Below are positions 25,659 through 39,900 of a stretch of DNA of 64,000 nt, in pieces (position 1 is the first letter of the stretch; the number at the start of each line of letters is the position of its first letter). A program made the position numbers and the translations under genes. The notes beneath the pieces are model-generated. The model was given only the letters and a program-made list of their open reading frames with translations. It was not told the origin of the DNA and did no database searches. Source of the DNA: Auanema rhodensis (Eukaryota > Animalia > Nematoda); the NCBI GenBank assembly GCA_964057225.1, contig OZ059900.1, positions 24,862,001-24,926,000 on the forward strand, in the 5' to 3' direction.

Positions 25659-28600
25659 ATGCTAATTTCCTTAATTTTCTAACCCCTGTTTTTTTGTCGT
25701 GAAAGTGGAACTAGACGTTGTACAAACAATTTTGAGCTAGGTTTCATTGACATTGCATGAGTTTGAACACATGAAATCGTAAGTCAAAACCTTGTTTACA
25801 GCGAAATTTCCAAAAACTGGTTTTCCAGCATAATAAAATATTTCTCATGAGAAAAACTGTGTTTTTGTATTTTTCTAGTGTTCAGCATGTAAAATGCTTC
25901 ATTTTAGTATGTAACACGCTGAAATTCGTTGCATTTGACGACTCATATGAACAAAAATCGATTTAATCAATATTAGCCATAAGGGGCGTGCCCTCAGAAT
26001 ATGCTAATTTCCTTAATTTTCTAACCCCTGTTTTTTTGTCGTGAAAGTGGAACTAGACGTTGTACAAACAATTTTGAGCTAGGTTTCATTGACATTGCAT
26101 GAGTTTGAACACATGAAATCGTAAGTCAAAACCTTGTTTACAGCGAAATTTCCAAAAACTGGTTTTCCAGCATAATAAAATATTTCTCATGAGAAATACT
26201 GTGTTTTTGTATTTTTCTAGTGTTCAGCATGTAAAATGCCTCATTTTAGTATGTAACACGCTGAAATTCGTTGCATTTGACGACTCATATGAACAAAAAT
26301 CGATTTAATCAATATTAGCCATAAGGGGCGTGCTCTCAGAATATGCTAATTTCCTTAATTTTCTAACACCCTGTTTTTTTGTCGTGAAAGAGGAACTAGA
26401 CGTTGTACAAACAAGTTTGAGCTAGGTTTCATTGACATTGCATGAGTTTGAACACATGAAATCGTAAGTCAAAACCTTGTTTACAGCGAAATTTCCAAAA
26501 ACTGGTTTTCCAGCATAATAAAATATTTCTCATGAGAAATACTGTGTTTTTGTATTTTTCTAGTGTTCAGCATGTAAAATGCTTCATTTTAGTATGTAAC
26601 ACGCTGAAATTCGTGGCATTTGACGACTCATATGAACAAATATCGATTTAATCAATATTAGCCATAAGGAGCGTGCCCTCAGAATATGCTAATTTCCTTA
26701 ATTTTCTAACCCCTGTTTTTTTGTCGTGAAAGTGGAACTAGACGTTGTACAAACAATTTTGAGCTAGGTTTCATTGACATTGCATGAGTTTGAACACATG
26801 AAATCGTAAGTCAAAACCTTGTTTACAGCGAAATTTCCAAAAACTGGTTTTCCAGCATAATAAAATATTTCTCATGGGAAAAACTGTGTTTTTGTATTTT
26901 TCTAGTGTTCAGCATGTAAAATGCTTCATTTTAGTATGTAACACGCTGGAATTCGTTGCATTTGACTACTCATATGAACAAAAATCGATTTAATCAATAT
27001 TAGCCATAAGGGGCGTGCCCTCAGAATATTCTAATTTCCTTAATTTTCTAACCCCTGTTTTTTTGTCGTGAAAGTGGAACTAGACGTTGTACAAACAATT
27101 TTGAGCTAGGTTTCATTGACATTGCATGAGTTTGAACACATGAAATCGTAAGTCAAAACCTTGTTTACAGCGAAATTTCCAAAAACTGGTTTTCCAGCAT
27201 AATAAAATATTTCTCATGGGAAATACTGTGTTTTTGTATTTTTCTAGTGTTCAGCATGTAAAATACTTCATTTAAGTATGTAACACGCTGAAATTCGTTG
27301 CATTTGACGACTCATATGAACAGAAATCGATTTAATCAATATTAGCCATAAGGGGCGTGCCCTCAGAATATGCTAATCTCCTAAATTTTCTAACCCCTGT
27401 TTTTTTGTCGTGAAAGTGGAACTAGACGTTGTACAAACAATTTTGAGCTAGGTTTCATTGACATTGCATGAGTTTGAACACATGAAATCGTAAGTCAAAA
27501 CCTTGTTTACAGCGAAATTTCCAAAAACTGGTTTTCCAGCATAATAAAATATTTCTCATGGGAAATACTGTGTTTTTGTATTTTTCTAGTGTTCAGCATG
27601 TAAAATACTTCATTTAAGTATGTAACACGCTGAAATTCGTTGCATTTGACGACTCATATAAACAAAAATCGATTTAATCAATATTAGCCATAAGGAGCGT
27701 GCCCTCAGAATATGCTAATTTCCTTAATTTTCTAACCCCTGTTTTTTTGTCGTGAAAGTGGAACTAGACGTTGTACAAACAATTTTGAGCTAGGTTTCAT
27801 TGACATTGCATGAGTTTGAACACATGAAATCGTAAGTCAAAACCTTGTTTACAGCGAAATTTCCAAAAACTGGTTTTCCAGCATAATAAAATATTTCTCA
27901 TGAGAAATACCGTGTTTTTGTATTTTTCTAGTGTTCAGCATGTAAAATACTTCATTTTAGTATGTAACACGCTGAAATTCGTTGCATTTGACGACTCATA
28001 TGAACAAAAATCGATTTAATCAATATTAGCCATAAGGGGCGTGCCCTCAGAATATGCTAATTTCCTAAATTTTCTAACCCCTGTTTTTTGTCGTGAAAGT
28101 GGAACTAGACGTTGTACGAACAATTTTGAGCTAGGTTTCATTGACATTGCAAGAGTTTGAACACATGAAATCGTAAGTCAAAACCTTGTTTACAGCGAAA
28201 TTTCCAAAAACTGGTTTTCCAGCATAATAAAATATTTCTCATGGGAAAAACTGTGTTTTTGTATTTTTCTAGTGTTCAGCATGTAAAATGCTTCATTTTA
28301 GTATGTAACACGCTGAAATTCGTTGCATTTGACGACTCATATGAACAAAAATCGATTTAATCAATATTAGCCATAAGGGGCGTGCCCTCAGAATATGCTA
28401 ATTTCCTTAATATTCTAACCCCTGTTTTTTTGTCGTGGAAGTGGAACTAGACGTTGTACAAACAAGTTTGAGCTAGGTTTCATTGACATTGCATGAGTTT
28501 GAACATATGAAATCGTAAGTCAAAACCTTATTTACAGCGAAATTTCCAAAAACTGGTTTTCCAGCATAATAAAATATTTCTCATGGGAAATACTTTGTTT

Positions 28601-31600
28601 TTGTATTTTTTCAGTGTTCAGCATGTAAAATGCTTCATTTTAGTATGTAACACGCTGAAATTCGTTGCATTTGACGACTCATATGAACAAAAATCGATTT
28701 AATCAATATTAGCCATAAGGGGCGTGCCCTCAGAATATGCTAATTTCCTTAATTTTCTAACCCCTGTTTTTTTGTCGTGAAAGTGGAACTAGACGTTGTA
28801 CGAACAATTTTGAGCTAGGTTTCATTGACATTGCATGAGTTTGAACACATGAAATCGTAAGTCAAAACCTTGTTTACAGCGAAATTTCCAAAAACTGGTT
28901 TTCCAGCATAATAAAATATTTCTCATGGGAAATACTGTGTTTTTGTATTTTTCTAGTGTTCAGCATGTAAAATGGTTCATTTTAGTGTATGTAACACGCT
29001 GAAATTCGTTGCATTTGACGACTCATATGAACAAAAATCGATTTAATCAATATTAGCCATAAGGGGCGTGCCCTCAGAATATGCTAATTTCCTTAATTTT
29101 CTAACCCCTGTTTTTTTGTCGTGAAAGTGGAACTAGACGTTGTACGAACAATTTTGAGCTAGGTTTCATTGACATTGCATGAGTTTGAACACATGAAATC
29201 GTAAGTCAAAACCTTATTTACAGCGAAATTTCCAAAAACTGGTTTTCCAGCATAATAAAATATTTCTCATGGGAAATACTTTGTTTTTGTATTTTTCTAG
29301 TGTTCAGCATGTAAAATGCTTCATATTAGTATGTAACACGCTGAAATTCGTTGCATTTGACGACTCATATGAACAAAAATCGATTTAATCAATATTAGCC
29401 ATAAGGGGCGTGCCCTCAGAATATGCTAATTTCCTTAATTTTCTAACCCCTGTTTTTTTGTCGTGAAAGTGGAACTAGACGTTGTACAAACAATTTTGAG
29501 CTAGGTTTCATTGACATTGCATGAGTTTGAACATATGAAATCGTAAGTCAAAACCTTGTTTACAGCGAAATTTCCAAAAACTGGTTTTCCAGCATAATAA
29601 AATATTTCTCATGGGAAATACTGTGTTTTTGTATTTTTTTAGTGTTCAGCATGTAAAATGCTTCATTTTAGTATGTAACACGCTGAAATTCGTTGCATTT
29701 GACGACTCATATGAACAAAAATCGATTTAATCAATATTAGCCATAAGGGGCGTGCCCTCAGAATATGCTAATTTCCTTAATTTTCTAACCCCTGTTTTTT
29801 GTCGTGAAAGTGGAACTAGACGTTGTAGGAACAATTTTGAGCTAGGTTTCATTGACATTGCATGAGTTTGAACACATGAAATCGTAAGTCAAAACCTTGT
29901 TTACAGCGAAATTTCCAAAAACTGGTTTTCCAGCATAATAAAATATTTCTCTTGGGAAATACTGTGTTTTTGTATTTTTCTAGTGTTCAGCATGTAAAAT
30001 ACTTCATTTAAGTATGTAACACGCTGAAATTCGTTGCATTTGACGACTCATATGAACAAAAATCGATTTAATCAATATTAGCCATAAGGGGCGTGCCCTC
30101 AGAATATGCTAATTTCCTTAATTTTTTGACCACTGTTTTTTTGTCGTGAAAGTGGAACTAGACGTTGTACGAACAATTTTGAGCTAGGTTTCATTGACAT
30201 TGCATGAGTTTGAACATATGAAATCGTAAGTCAAAACCTTGTTTACAGCGAAATTTCCAAAAACTGGTTTTCCAGCATAATAAAATATTTCTCATGGGAA
30301 ATACTGTGTTTTTGTATTTTTTTAGTGTTCAGCATGTAAAATGCTTCATTTTAGTATGTAACACGCTGAAATTCGTTGCATTTGACGACTCATATGAACA
30401 AAAATCGATTTAATCAATATTAGCCATAAGGGGCGTGCCCTCAGAATATGCTAATTTCCTTAATTTTCTAACCCCTGTTTTTTGTCGTGAAAGTGGAACT
30501 AGACGTTGTACGAACAATTTTGAGCTAGGTTTCATTGACATTGCATGAGTTTGAACACATGAAATCGTAAGTCAAAACCTTATTTACAGCGAAATTTCCA
30601 AAAACTGGTTTTCCAGCATAATAAAATATTTCTCATGGGAAATACTTTGTTTTTGTATTTTTCTAGTGTTCAGCATGTAAAATGCTTCATTTTAGTATGT
30701 AACACGCTGAAATTCGTTGCATTTGACGACTCATATGAACAAAAATCGATTTAATCAATATTAGCCATAAGGGGCGTGCCCTCAGAATATGCTAATTTCC
30801 TTAATTTTTTAACCACTGTTTTTTTGTCGTGAAAGTGGAACTAGACGTTGTACGAACAATTTTGAGCTAGGTTTCATTGACATTGCATGAGTTTGAACAC
30901 ATGAAATCGTAAGTCAAAACCTTGTTTACAGCGAAATTTCCAAAAACTGGTTTTCCAGCATAATAAAATATTTCTCATGGGAAATACTGTGTTTTTGTAT
31001 TTTTCTAGTGTTCAGCATGTAAAATGTTTCATTTTAGTATGTAACACGCTGAAATTCGTTGCATTTGACGACTCATATGAACAAAAATCGATTTAATCAA
31101 TATTAGCCATAAGGGGCGTGCCCTCAGAATATGCTAATTTCCTTAATTTTCTAACCCCTGTTTTTTTGTCGTGAAAGTGGAACTAGACGTTGTACGAACA
31201 ATTTTGAGCTAGGTTTCATTGACATTGCATGAGTTTGAACACATGAAATCGTAAGTCAAAACCTTGTTTACAGCGAAATTTCCAAAAACTGGTTTTCCAG
31301 CATAATAAAATATTTCTCATGGGAAATACTGTGTTTTTGTATTTTTCTAGTGTTCAGCATGTAAAATGGTTCATTTTAGTGTATGTAACACGCTGAAATT
31401 CGTTGCATTTGACGACTCATATGAACAAAAATCGATTTAATCAATATTAGCCATAAGGGGCGTGCCCTCAGAATATGCTAATTTCCTTAATTTTCTAACC
31501 CCTGTTTTTTTGTCGTGAAAGTGGAACTAGACGTTGTACGAACAATTTTGAGCTAGGTTTCATTGACATTGCATGAGTTTGAACACATGAAATCGTAAGT

Positions 31601-34600
31601 CAAAACCTTATTTACAGCGAAATTTCCAAAAACTGGTTTTCCAGCATAATAAAATATTTCTCATGGGAAATACTTTGTTTTTGTATTTTTCTAGTGTTCA
31701 GCATGTAAAATGCTTCATTTTAGTATGTAACACGCTGAAATTCGTTGCATTTGACGACTCATATGAACAAAAATCGATTTAATCAATATTAGCCATAAGG
31801 GGCGTGCCCTCAGAATATGCTAATTTCCTTAATTTTCTAACCCCTGTTTTTTTGTCGTGAAAGTGGAACTAGACGTTGTACAAACAATTTTGAGCTAGGT
31901 TTCATTGACATTGCATGAGTTTGAACATATGAAATCGTAAGTCAAAACCTTGTTTACAGCGAAATTTCCAAAAACTGGTTTTCCAGCATAATAAAATATT
32001 TCTCATGGGAAATACTGTGTTTTTGTATTTTTTTAGTGTTCAGCATGTAAAATGCTTCATTTTAGTATGTAACACGCTGAAATTCGTTGCATTTGACGAC
32101 TCATATGAACAAAAATCGATTTAATCAATATTAGCCATAAGGGGCGTGCCCTCAGAATATGCTAATTTCCTTAATTTTCTAACCCCTGTTTTTTTGTCGT
32201 GAAAGTGGAACTAGACGTTGTACAAACAATTTTGAGCTAGGTTTCATTGACATTGCATGAGTTTGAACACATGAAATCGTAAGTCAAAACCTTATTTACA
32301 GCGAAATTTCCAAAAACTGGTTTTCCAGCATAATAAAATATTTCTCATGGGAAATACTGTGTTTTTGTATTTTTCTAGTGTTCAGCATATAAAATGGTTC
32401 ATTTTAGTGTATGTAACACGCTGAAATTCGTTGCATTTGACGACTCATATGAACAAAAATCGATTTAATCAATATTAGCCATAAGGGGCGTGCCCTCAGA
32501 ATATGCTAATTTCCTTAATTTTCTAACCCCTGTTTTTTTGTCGTGAAAGTGGAACTAGACGTTGTACGAACAATTTTGAGCTAGGTTTCATTGACATTGC
32601 ATGAGTTTGAACACATGAAATCGTAAGTCAAAACCTTATTTACAGCGAAATTTCCAAAAACTGGTTTTCCAGCATAATAAAATATTTCTCATGGGAAATA
32701 CTTTGTTTTTGTATTTTTCTAGTGTTCAGCATGTAAAATGCTTCATTTTAGTATGTAACACGCTGAAATTCGTTGCATTTGACGACTCATATGAACAAAA
32801 ATCGATTTAATCAATATTAGCCATAAGGGGCGTGCCCTCAGAATATGCTAATTTCCTTAATTTTCTAACCCCTGTTTTTTTGTCGTGAAAGTGGAACTAG
32901 ACGTTGTACAAACAATTTTGAGCTAGGTTTCATTGACATTGCATGAGTTTGAACATATGAAATCGTAAGTCAAAACCTTGTTTACAGCGAAATTTCCAAA
33001 AACTGGTTTTCCAGCATAATAAAATATTTCTCATGGGAAATACTGTGTTTTTGTATTTTTTTAGTGTTCAGCATGTAAAATGCTTCATTTTAGTATGTAA
33101 CACGCTGAAATTCGTTGCATTTGACGACTCATATGAACAAAAATCGATTTAATCAATATTAGCCATAAGGGGCGTGCCCTCAGAATATGCTAATTTCCTT
33201 AATTTTCTAACCCCTGTTTTTTGTCGTGAAAGTGGAACTAGACGTTGTAGGAACAATTTTGAGCTAGGTTTCATTGACATTGCATGAGTTTGAACACATG
33301 AAATCGTAAGTCAAAACCTTGTTTACAGCGAAATTTCCAAAAACTGGTTTTCCAGCATAATAAAATATTTCTCTTGGGAAATACTGTGTTTTTGTATTTT
33401 TCTAGTGTTCAGCATGTAAAATACTTCATTTAAGTATGTAACACGCTGAAATTCGTTGCATTTGACGACTCATATGAACAAAAATCGATTTAATCAATAT
33501 TAGCCATAAGGGGCGTGCCCTCAGAATATGCTAATTTCCTTAATTTTTTGACCACTGTTTTTTTGTCGTGAAAGTGGAACTAGACGTTGTACGAACAATT
33601 TTGAGCTAGGTTTCATTGACATTGCATGAGTTTGAACATATGAAATCGTAAGTCAAAACCTTGTTTACAGCGAAATTTCCAAAAACTGGTTTTCCAGCAT
33701 AATAAAATATTTCTCATGGGAAATACTGTGTTTTTGTATTTTTTTAGTGTTCAGCATGTAAAATGCTTCATTTTAGTATGTAACACGCTGAAATTCGTTG
33801 CATTTGACGACTCATATGAACAAAAATCGATTTAATCAATATTAGCCATAAGGGGCGTGCCCTCAGAATATGCTAATTTCCTTAATATTCTAACCCCTGT
33901 TTTTTTGTCGTGAAAGTGGAACTAGACGTTGTACAAACAATTTTGAGCTAGGTTTCATTGACATTGCATGAGTTTGAACATATGAAATCGTAAGTCAAAA
34001 CCTTGTTTACAGCGAAATTTCCAAAAACTGGTTTTCCAGCATAATAAAATATTTCTCATGGGAAATACTGTGTTTTTGTATTTTTTTAGTGTTCAGCATG
34101 TAAAATGCTTCATTTTAGTATGTAGCACGCTGAAATTCGTTGCATTTGACGACTCATATGAACAAAAATCGATTTAATCAATATTAGCCATAAGGGGCGT
34201 GCCCTCAGAATATGCTAATTTCCTTAATTTTCTAACCCCTGTTTTTTGTCGTGAAAGTGGAACTAGACGTTGTAGGAACAATTTTGAGCTAGGTTTCATT
34301 GACATTGCATGAGTTTGAACACATGAAATCGTAAGTCAAAACCTTGTTTACAGCGAAATTTCCAAAAACTGGTTTTCCAGCATAATAAAATATTTCTCAT
34401 GGGAAATACTTTGTTTTTGTATTTTTCTAGTGTTCAGCATGTAAAATGCTTCATTTTAGTATGTAACACGCTGAAATTCGTTGCATTTGACGACTCATAT
34501 GAACAAAAATCGATTTAATCAATATTAGCCATAAGGGGCGTGCCCTCAGAATATGCTAATTTCCTTAATTTTTTAACCACTGTTTTTTTGTCGTGAAAGT

Positions 34601-36950
34601 GGAACTAGACGTTGTACGAACAATTTTGAGCTAGGTTTCATTGACATTGCATGAGTTTGAACACATGAAATCGTAAGTCAAAACCTTGTTTACAGCGAAA
34701 TTTCCAAAAACTGGTTTTCCAGCATAATAAAATATTTCTCATGGGAAATACTGTGTTTTTGTATTTTTCTAGTGTTCAGCATGTAAAATGTTTCATTTTA
34801 GTATGTAACACGCTGAAATTCGTTGCATTTGACGACTCATATGAACAGAAATCGATTTAATCAATATTAGCCATAAGGGGCGTGCCCTCAGAATATGCTA
34901 ATTTTCTAAATTTTCTAACCCCTGTTTTTTTGTCGTGAAAGTGGAACTAGACGTTGTACAAACAATTTTGAGCTAGGTTTCATTGACATTGCATGAGTTT
35001 GAACACATGAAATCGTAAGTCAAAACCTTGTTTACAGCGAAATTTCCAAAAACTGGTTTTCCAGCATAATAAAATATTTCTCATGGGAAATACTGTGTTT
35101 TTGTATTTTTCTAGTGTTCAGCATGTAAAATGGTTCATTTTAGTGTATGTAACACGCTGAAATTCGTTGCATTTGACGACTCATATGAACAAAAATCGAT
35201 TTAATCAATATTAGCCATAAGGGGCGTGCCCTCAGAATATGCTAATTTCCTTAATTTTCTAACCCCTGTTTTTTTGTCGTGAAAGTGGAACTAGACGTTG
35301 TACGAACAATTTTGAGCTAGGTTTCATTGACATTGCATGAGTTTGAACACATGAAATCGTAAGTCAAAACCTTGTTTACAGCGAAATTTCCAAAAACTGG
35401 TTTTCCAGCATAATAAAATATTTCTCATGGGAAATACTGTGTTTTTGTATTTTTCTAGTGTTCAGCATGTAAAATGGTTCATTTTAGTGTATGTAACACG
35501 CTGAAATTCGTTGCATTTGACGACTCATATGAACAAAAATCGATTTAATCAATATTAGCCATAAGGGGCGTGCCCTCAGAATATGCTAATTTCCTTAATT
35601 TTCTAACCCCTGTTTTTTTGTCGTGAAAGTGGAACTAGACGTTGTACGAACAATTTTGAGCTAGGTTTCATTGACATTGCATGAGTTTGAACACATGAAA
35701 TCGTAAGTCAAAACCTTATTTACAGCGAAATTTCCAAAAACTGGTTTTCCAGCATAATAAAATATTTCTCATGGGAAATACTTTGTTTTTGTATTTTTCT
35801 AGTGTTCAGCATGTAAAATGCTTCATTTTAGTATGTAACACGCTGAAATTCGTTGCATTTGACGACTCATATGAACAAAAATCGATTTAATCAATATTAG
35901 CCATAAGGGGCGTGCCCTCAGAATATGCTAATTTCCTTAATTTTCTAACCCCTGTTTTTTTGTCGTGAAAGTGGAACTAGACGTTGTACAAACAATTTTG
36001 AGCTAGGTTTCATTGACATTGCATGAGTTTGAACATATGAAATCGTAAGTCAAAACCTTGTTTACAGCGAAATTTCCAAAAACTGGTTTTCCAGCATAAT
36101 AAAATATTTCTCATGGGAAATACTGTGTTTTTGTATTTTTTTAGTGTTCAGCATGTAAAATGCTTCATTTTAGTATGTAACACGCTGAAATTCGTTGCAT
36201 TTGACGACTCATATGAACAAAAATCGATTTAATCAATATTAGCCATAAGGGGCGTGCCCTCAGAATATGCTAATTTCCTTAATATTCTAACCCCTGTTTT
36301 TTTGTCGTGAAAGTGGAACTAGACGTTGTACAAACAATTTTGAGCTAGGTTTCATTGACATTGCATGAGTTTGAACATATGAAATCGTAAGTCAAAACCT
36401 TATTTACAGCGAAATTTCCAAAAACTGGTTTTCCAGCATAATAAAATATTTCTCATTGGAAATACTTTGTTTTTGTATTTTTTCAGTGTTCAGCATGTAA
36501 AATGCTTCATTTTAGTATGTAACACGCTGAAATTCGTTGCATTTGACGACTCATATGAACAAAAATCGATTTAATCAATATTAGCCATAAGGGGCGTGCC
36601 CTCAGAATATGCTAATTTCCTTAATTTTTTAACCACTGTTTTTTTGTCGTGAAAGTGGAACTAGACGTTGTACGAACAATTTTGAGCTAGGTTTCATTGA
36701 CATTGCATGAGTTTGAACACATGAAATCGTAAGTCAAAACCTTATTTACAGCGAAATTTCCAAAAACTGGTTTTCCAGCATAATAAAATATTTCTCATGA
36801 GAAATACTTTGTTTTTGTATTTTTCTAGTGTTCAGCATGTAAAATGCTTCATTTTAGTATGTAACACGCTGAAATTCGTTGCATTTGACGACTCATATGA
36901 ACAAAAATCGATTTAATCAATATTAGCCATAAGGGGCGTGCCCTCAGAAT

Positions 36951-39900
36951 ATGCTAATTTCCTTAATTTTTTAACCACTGTTTTTTTGTCGTGAAAGTGG
37001 AACTAGACGTTGTACGAACAATTTTGAGCTAGGTTTCATTGACATTGCATGAGTTTGAACACATGAAATCGTAAGTCAAAACCTTGTTTACAGCGAAATT
37101 TCCAAAAACTGGTTTTCCAGCATAATAAAATATTTCTCATGGGAAATACTGTGTTTTTGTATTTTACTAGTGTTCAGCATGTAAAATGCTTCATTTTAGT
37201 ATGTAACACGCTGAAATTCGTTGCATTTGACGACTCATATGAACAAAAATCGATTTAATCAATATTAGCCATAAGGGGCGTGCCCTCAGAATATGCTAAT
37301 TTCCTTAATTTTCTAACCCCTGTTTTTTGTCGTGAAAGTGGAACTAGACGTTGTACGAACAATTTCGAGCTAGGTTTCATTGACATTGCATGAGTTTGAA
37401 CACATGAAATCGTAAGTCAAAACCTTGTTTACAGCGAAATTTCCAAAAACTGGTTTTCCAGCATAATAAAATATTTCTCATGGGAAATACTGTGTTTTTG
37501 TATTTTTCTAGTGTTCAGCATGTAAAATGCTTCATTTTAGTATGTAACACGCTGAAATTCGTTGCATTTGACGACTCATATGAACAAAAATCGATTTAAT
37601 CAATATTAGCCATAAGGGGCGTGCCCTCAGAATATGCTAATTTCCTTAATTTTCTAACCCCTGTTTTTTGTCGTGAAAGTGGAACTAGACGTTGTACAAA
37701 CAATTTTGAGCTAGGTTTTATTGACATTGCATGAGTTTGAACACATGAAATCGTAAGTCAAAACCTTGTTTAGAGCGAAATTTCCAAAAACTGGTTTTCC
37801 AGCATAATAAAATATTTCTCATGGGAAATACTGTGTTTTTGTATTTTTCTAGTGTTCAGCATGTAAAATGATTCATTTTAGTATGTAACACGCTGAAATT
37901 CGTTGCATTTGACGACTCATATGAACAAAAATCGATTTAATCAATATTAGCCATAAGGGGCGTGCCCTCAGAATATGCTAATTTCCTTAATTTTCTAACC
38001 CCTGTTTTTTTGTCGTGAAAGTGGAACTAGACGTTGTACGAACAATTTTGAGCTAGGTTTCATTGACATTGCATGAGTTTGAACACATGAAATCGTAAGT
38101 CAAAACCTTGTTTACAGCGAAATTTCCAAAAACTGGTTTTCCAGCATAATAAAATATTTCTCATGGGAAATACTGTGTTTTTGTATTTTTCTAGTGTTCA
38201 GCATGTAAAATGGTTCATTTTAGTGTATGTAACACGCTGAAATTCGTTGCATTTGACGACTCATATGAACAAAAATCGATTTAATCAATATTAGCCATAA
38301 GGGGCGTGCCCTCAGAATATGCTAATTTCCTTAATTTTCTAACCCCTGTTTTTTTGTCGTGAAAGTGGAACTAGACGTTGTACGAACAATTTTGAGCTAG
38401 GTTTCATTGACATTGCATGAGTTTGAACACATGAAATCGTAAGTCAAAACCTTATTTACAGCGAAATTTCCAAAAACTGGTTTTCCAGCATAATAAAATA
38501 TTTCTCATGGGAAATACTTTGTTTTTGTATTTTTCTAGTGTTCAGCATGTAAAATGCTTCATTTTAGTATGTAACACGCTGAAATTCGTTGCATTTGACG
38601 ACTCATATGAACAAAAATCGATTTAATCAATATTAGCCATAAGGGGCGTGCCCTCAGAATATGCTAATTTCCTTAATTTTCTAACCCCTGTTTTTTTGTC
38701 GTGAAAGTGGAACTAGACGTTGTACAAACAATTTTGAGCTAGGTTTCATTGACATTGCATGAGTTTGAACATATGAAATCGTAAGTCAAAACCTTGTTTA
38801 CAGCGAAATTTCCAAAAACTGGTTTTCCAGCATAATAAAATATTTCTCATGGGAAATACTGTGTTTTTGTATTTTTTTAGTGTTCAGCATGTAAAATGCT
38901 TCATTTTAGTATGTAACACGCTGAAATTCGTTGCATTTGACGACTCATATGAACAAAAATCGATTTAATCAATATTAGCCATAAGGGGCGTGCCCTCAGA
39001 ATATGCTAATTTCCTTAATTTTCTAACCACTGTTTTTTTGTCGTGAAAGTGGAACTAGACGTTGTACGAACAATTTTGAGCTAGGTTTCATTGACATTGC
39101 ATGAGTTTGAACACATGAAATCGTAAGTCAAAACCTTATTTACAGCGAAATTTCCAAAAACTGGTTTTCCAGCATAATAAAATATTTCTCTTGGGAAATA
39201 CTGTGTTTTTGTATTTTTCTAGTGTTCAGCATGTAAAATGCTTCATTTTAGTATGTAACACGCTGAAATTCGTTGCATTTGACGACTCATATGAACAAAA
39301 ATCGATTTAATCAATATTAGCCATAAGGGGCGTGCCCTCAGAATATGCTAATTTCCTTAATTTTTTAACCACTGTTTTTTTGTCGTGAAAGTGGAACTAG
39401 ACGTTGTACGAACAATTTTGAGCTAGGTTTCATTGACATTGCATGAGTTTGAACACATGAAATCGTAAGTCAAAACCTTGTTTACAGCGAAATTTCCAAA
39501 AACTGGTTTTCCAGCATAATAAAATATTTCTCATGGGAAATACTGTGTTTTTGTATTTTACTAGTGTTCAGCATGTAAAATGCTTCATTTTAGTATGTAA
39601 CACGCTGAAATTCGTTGCATTTGACGACTCATATGAACAAAAATCGATTTAATCAATATTAGCCATAAGGGGCGTGCCCTCAGAATATGCTAATTTCCTT
39701 AATTTTCTAACCCCTGTTTTTTGTCGTGAAAGTGGAACTAGACGTTGTACGAACAATTTCGAGCTAGGTTTCATTGACATTGCATGAGTTTGAACACATG
39801 AAATCGTAAGTCAAAACCTTGTTTACAGCGAAATTTCCAAAAACTGGTTTTCCAGCATAATAAAATATTTCTCATGGGAAATACTGTGTTTTTGTATTTT

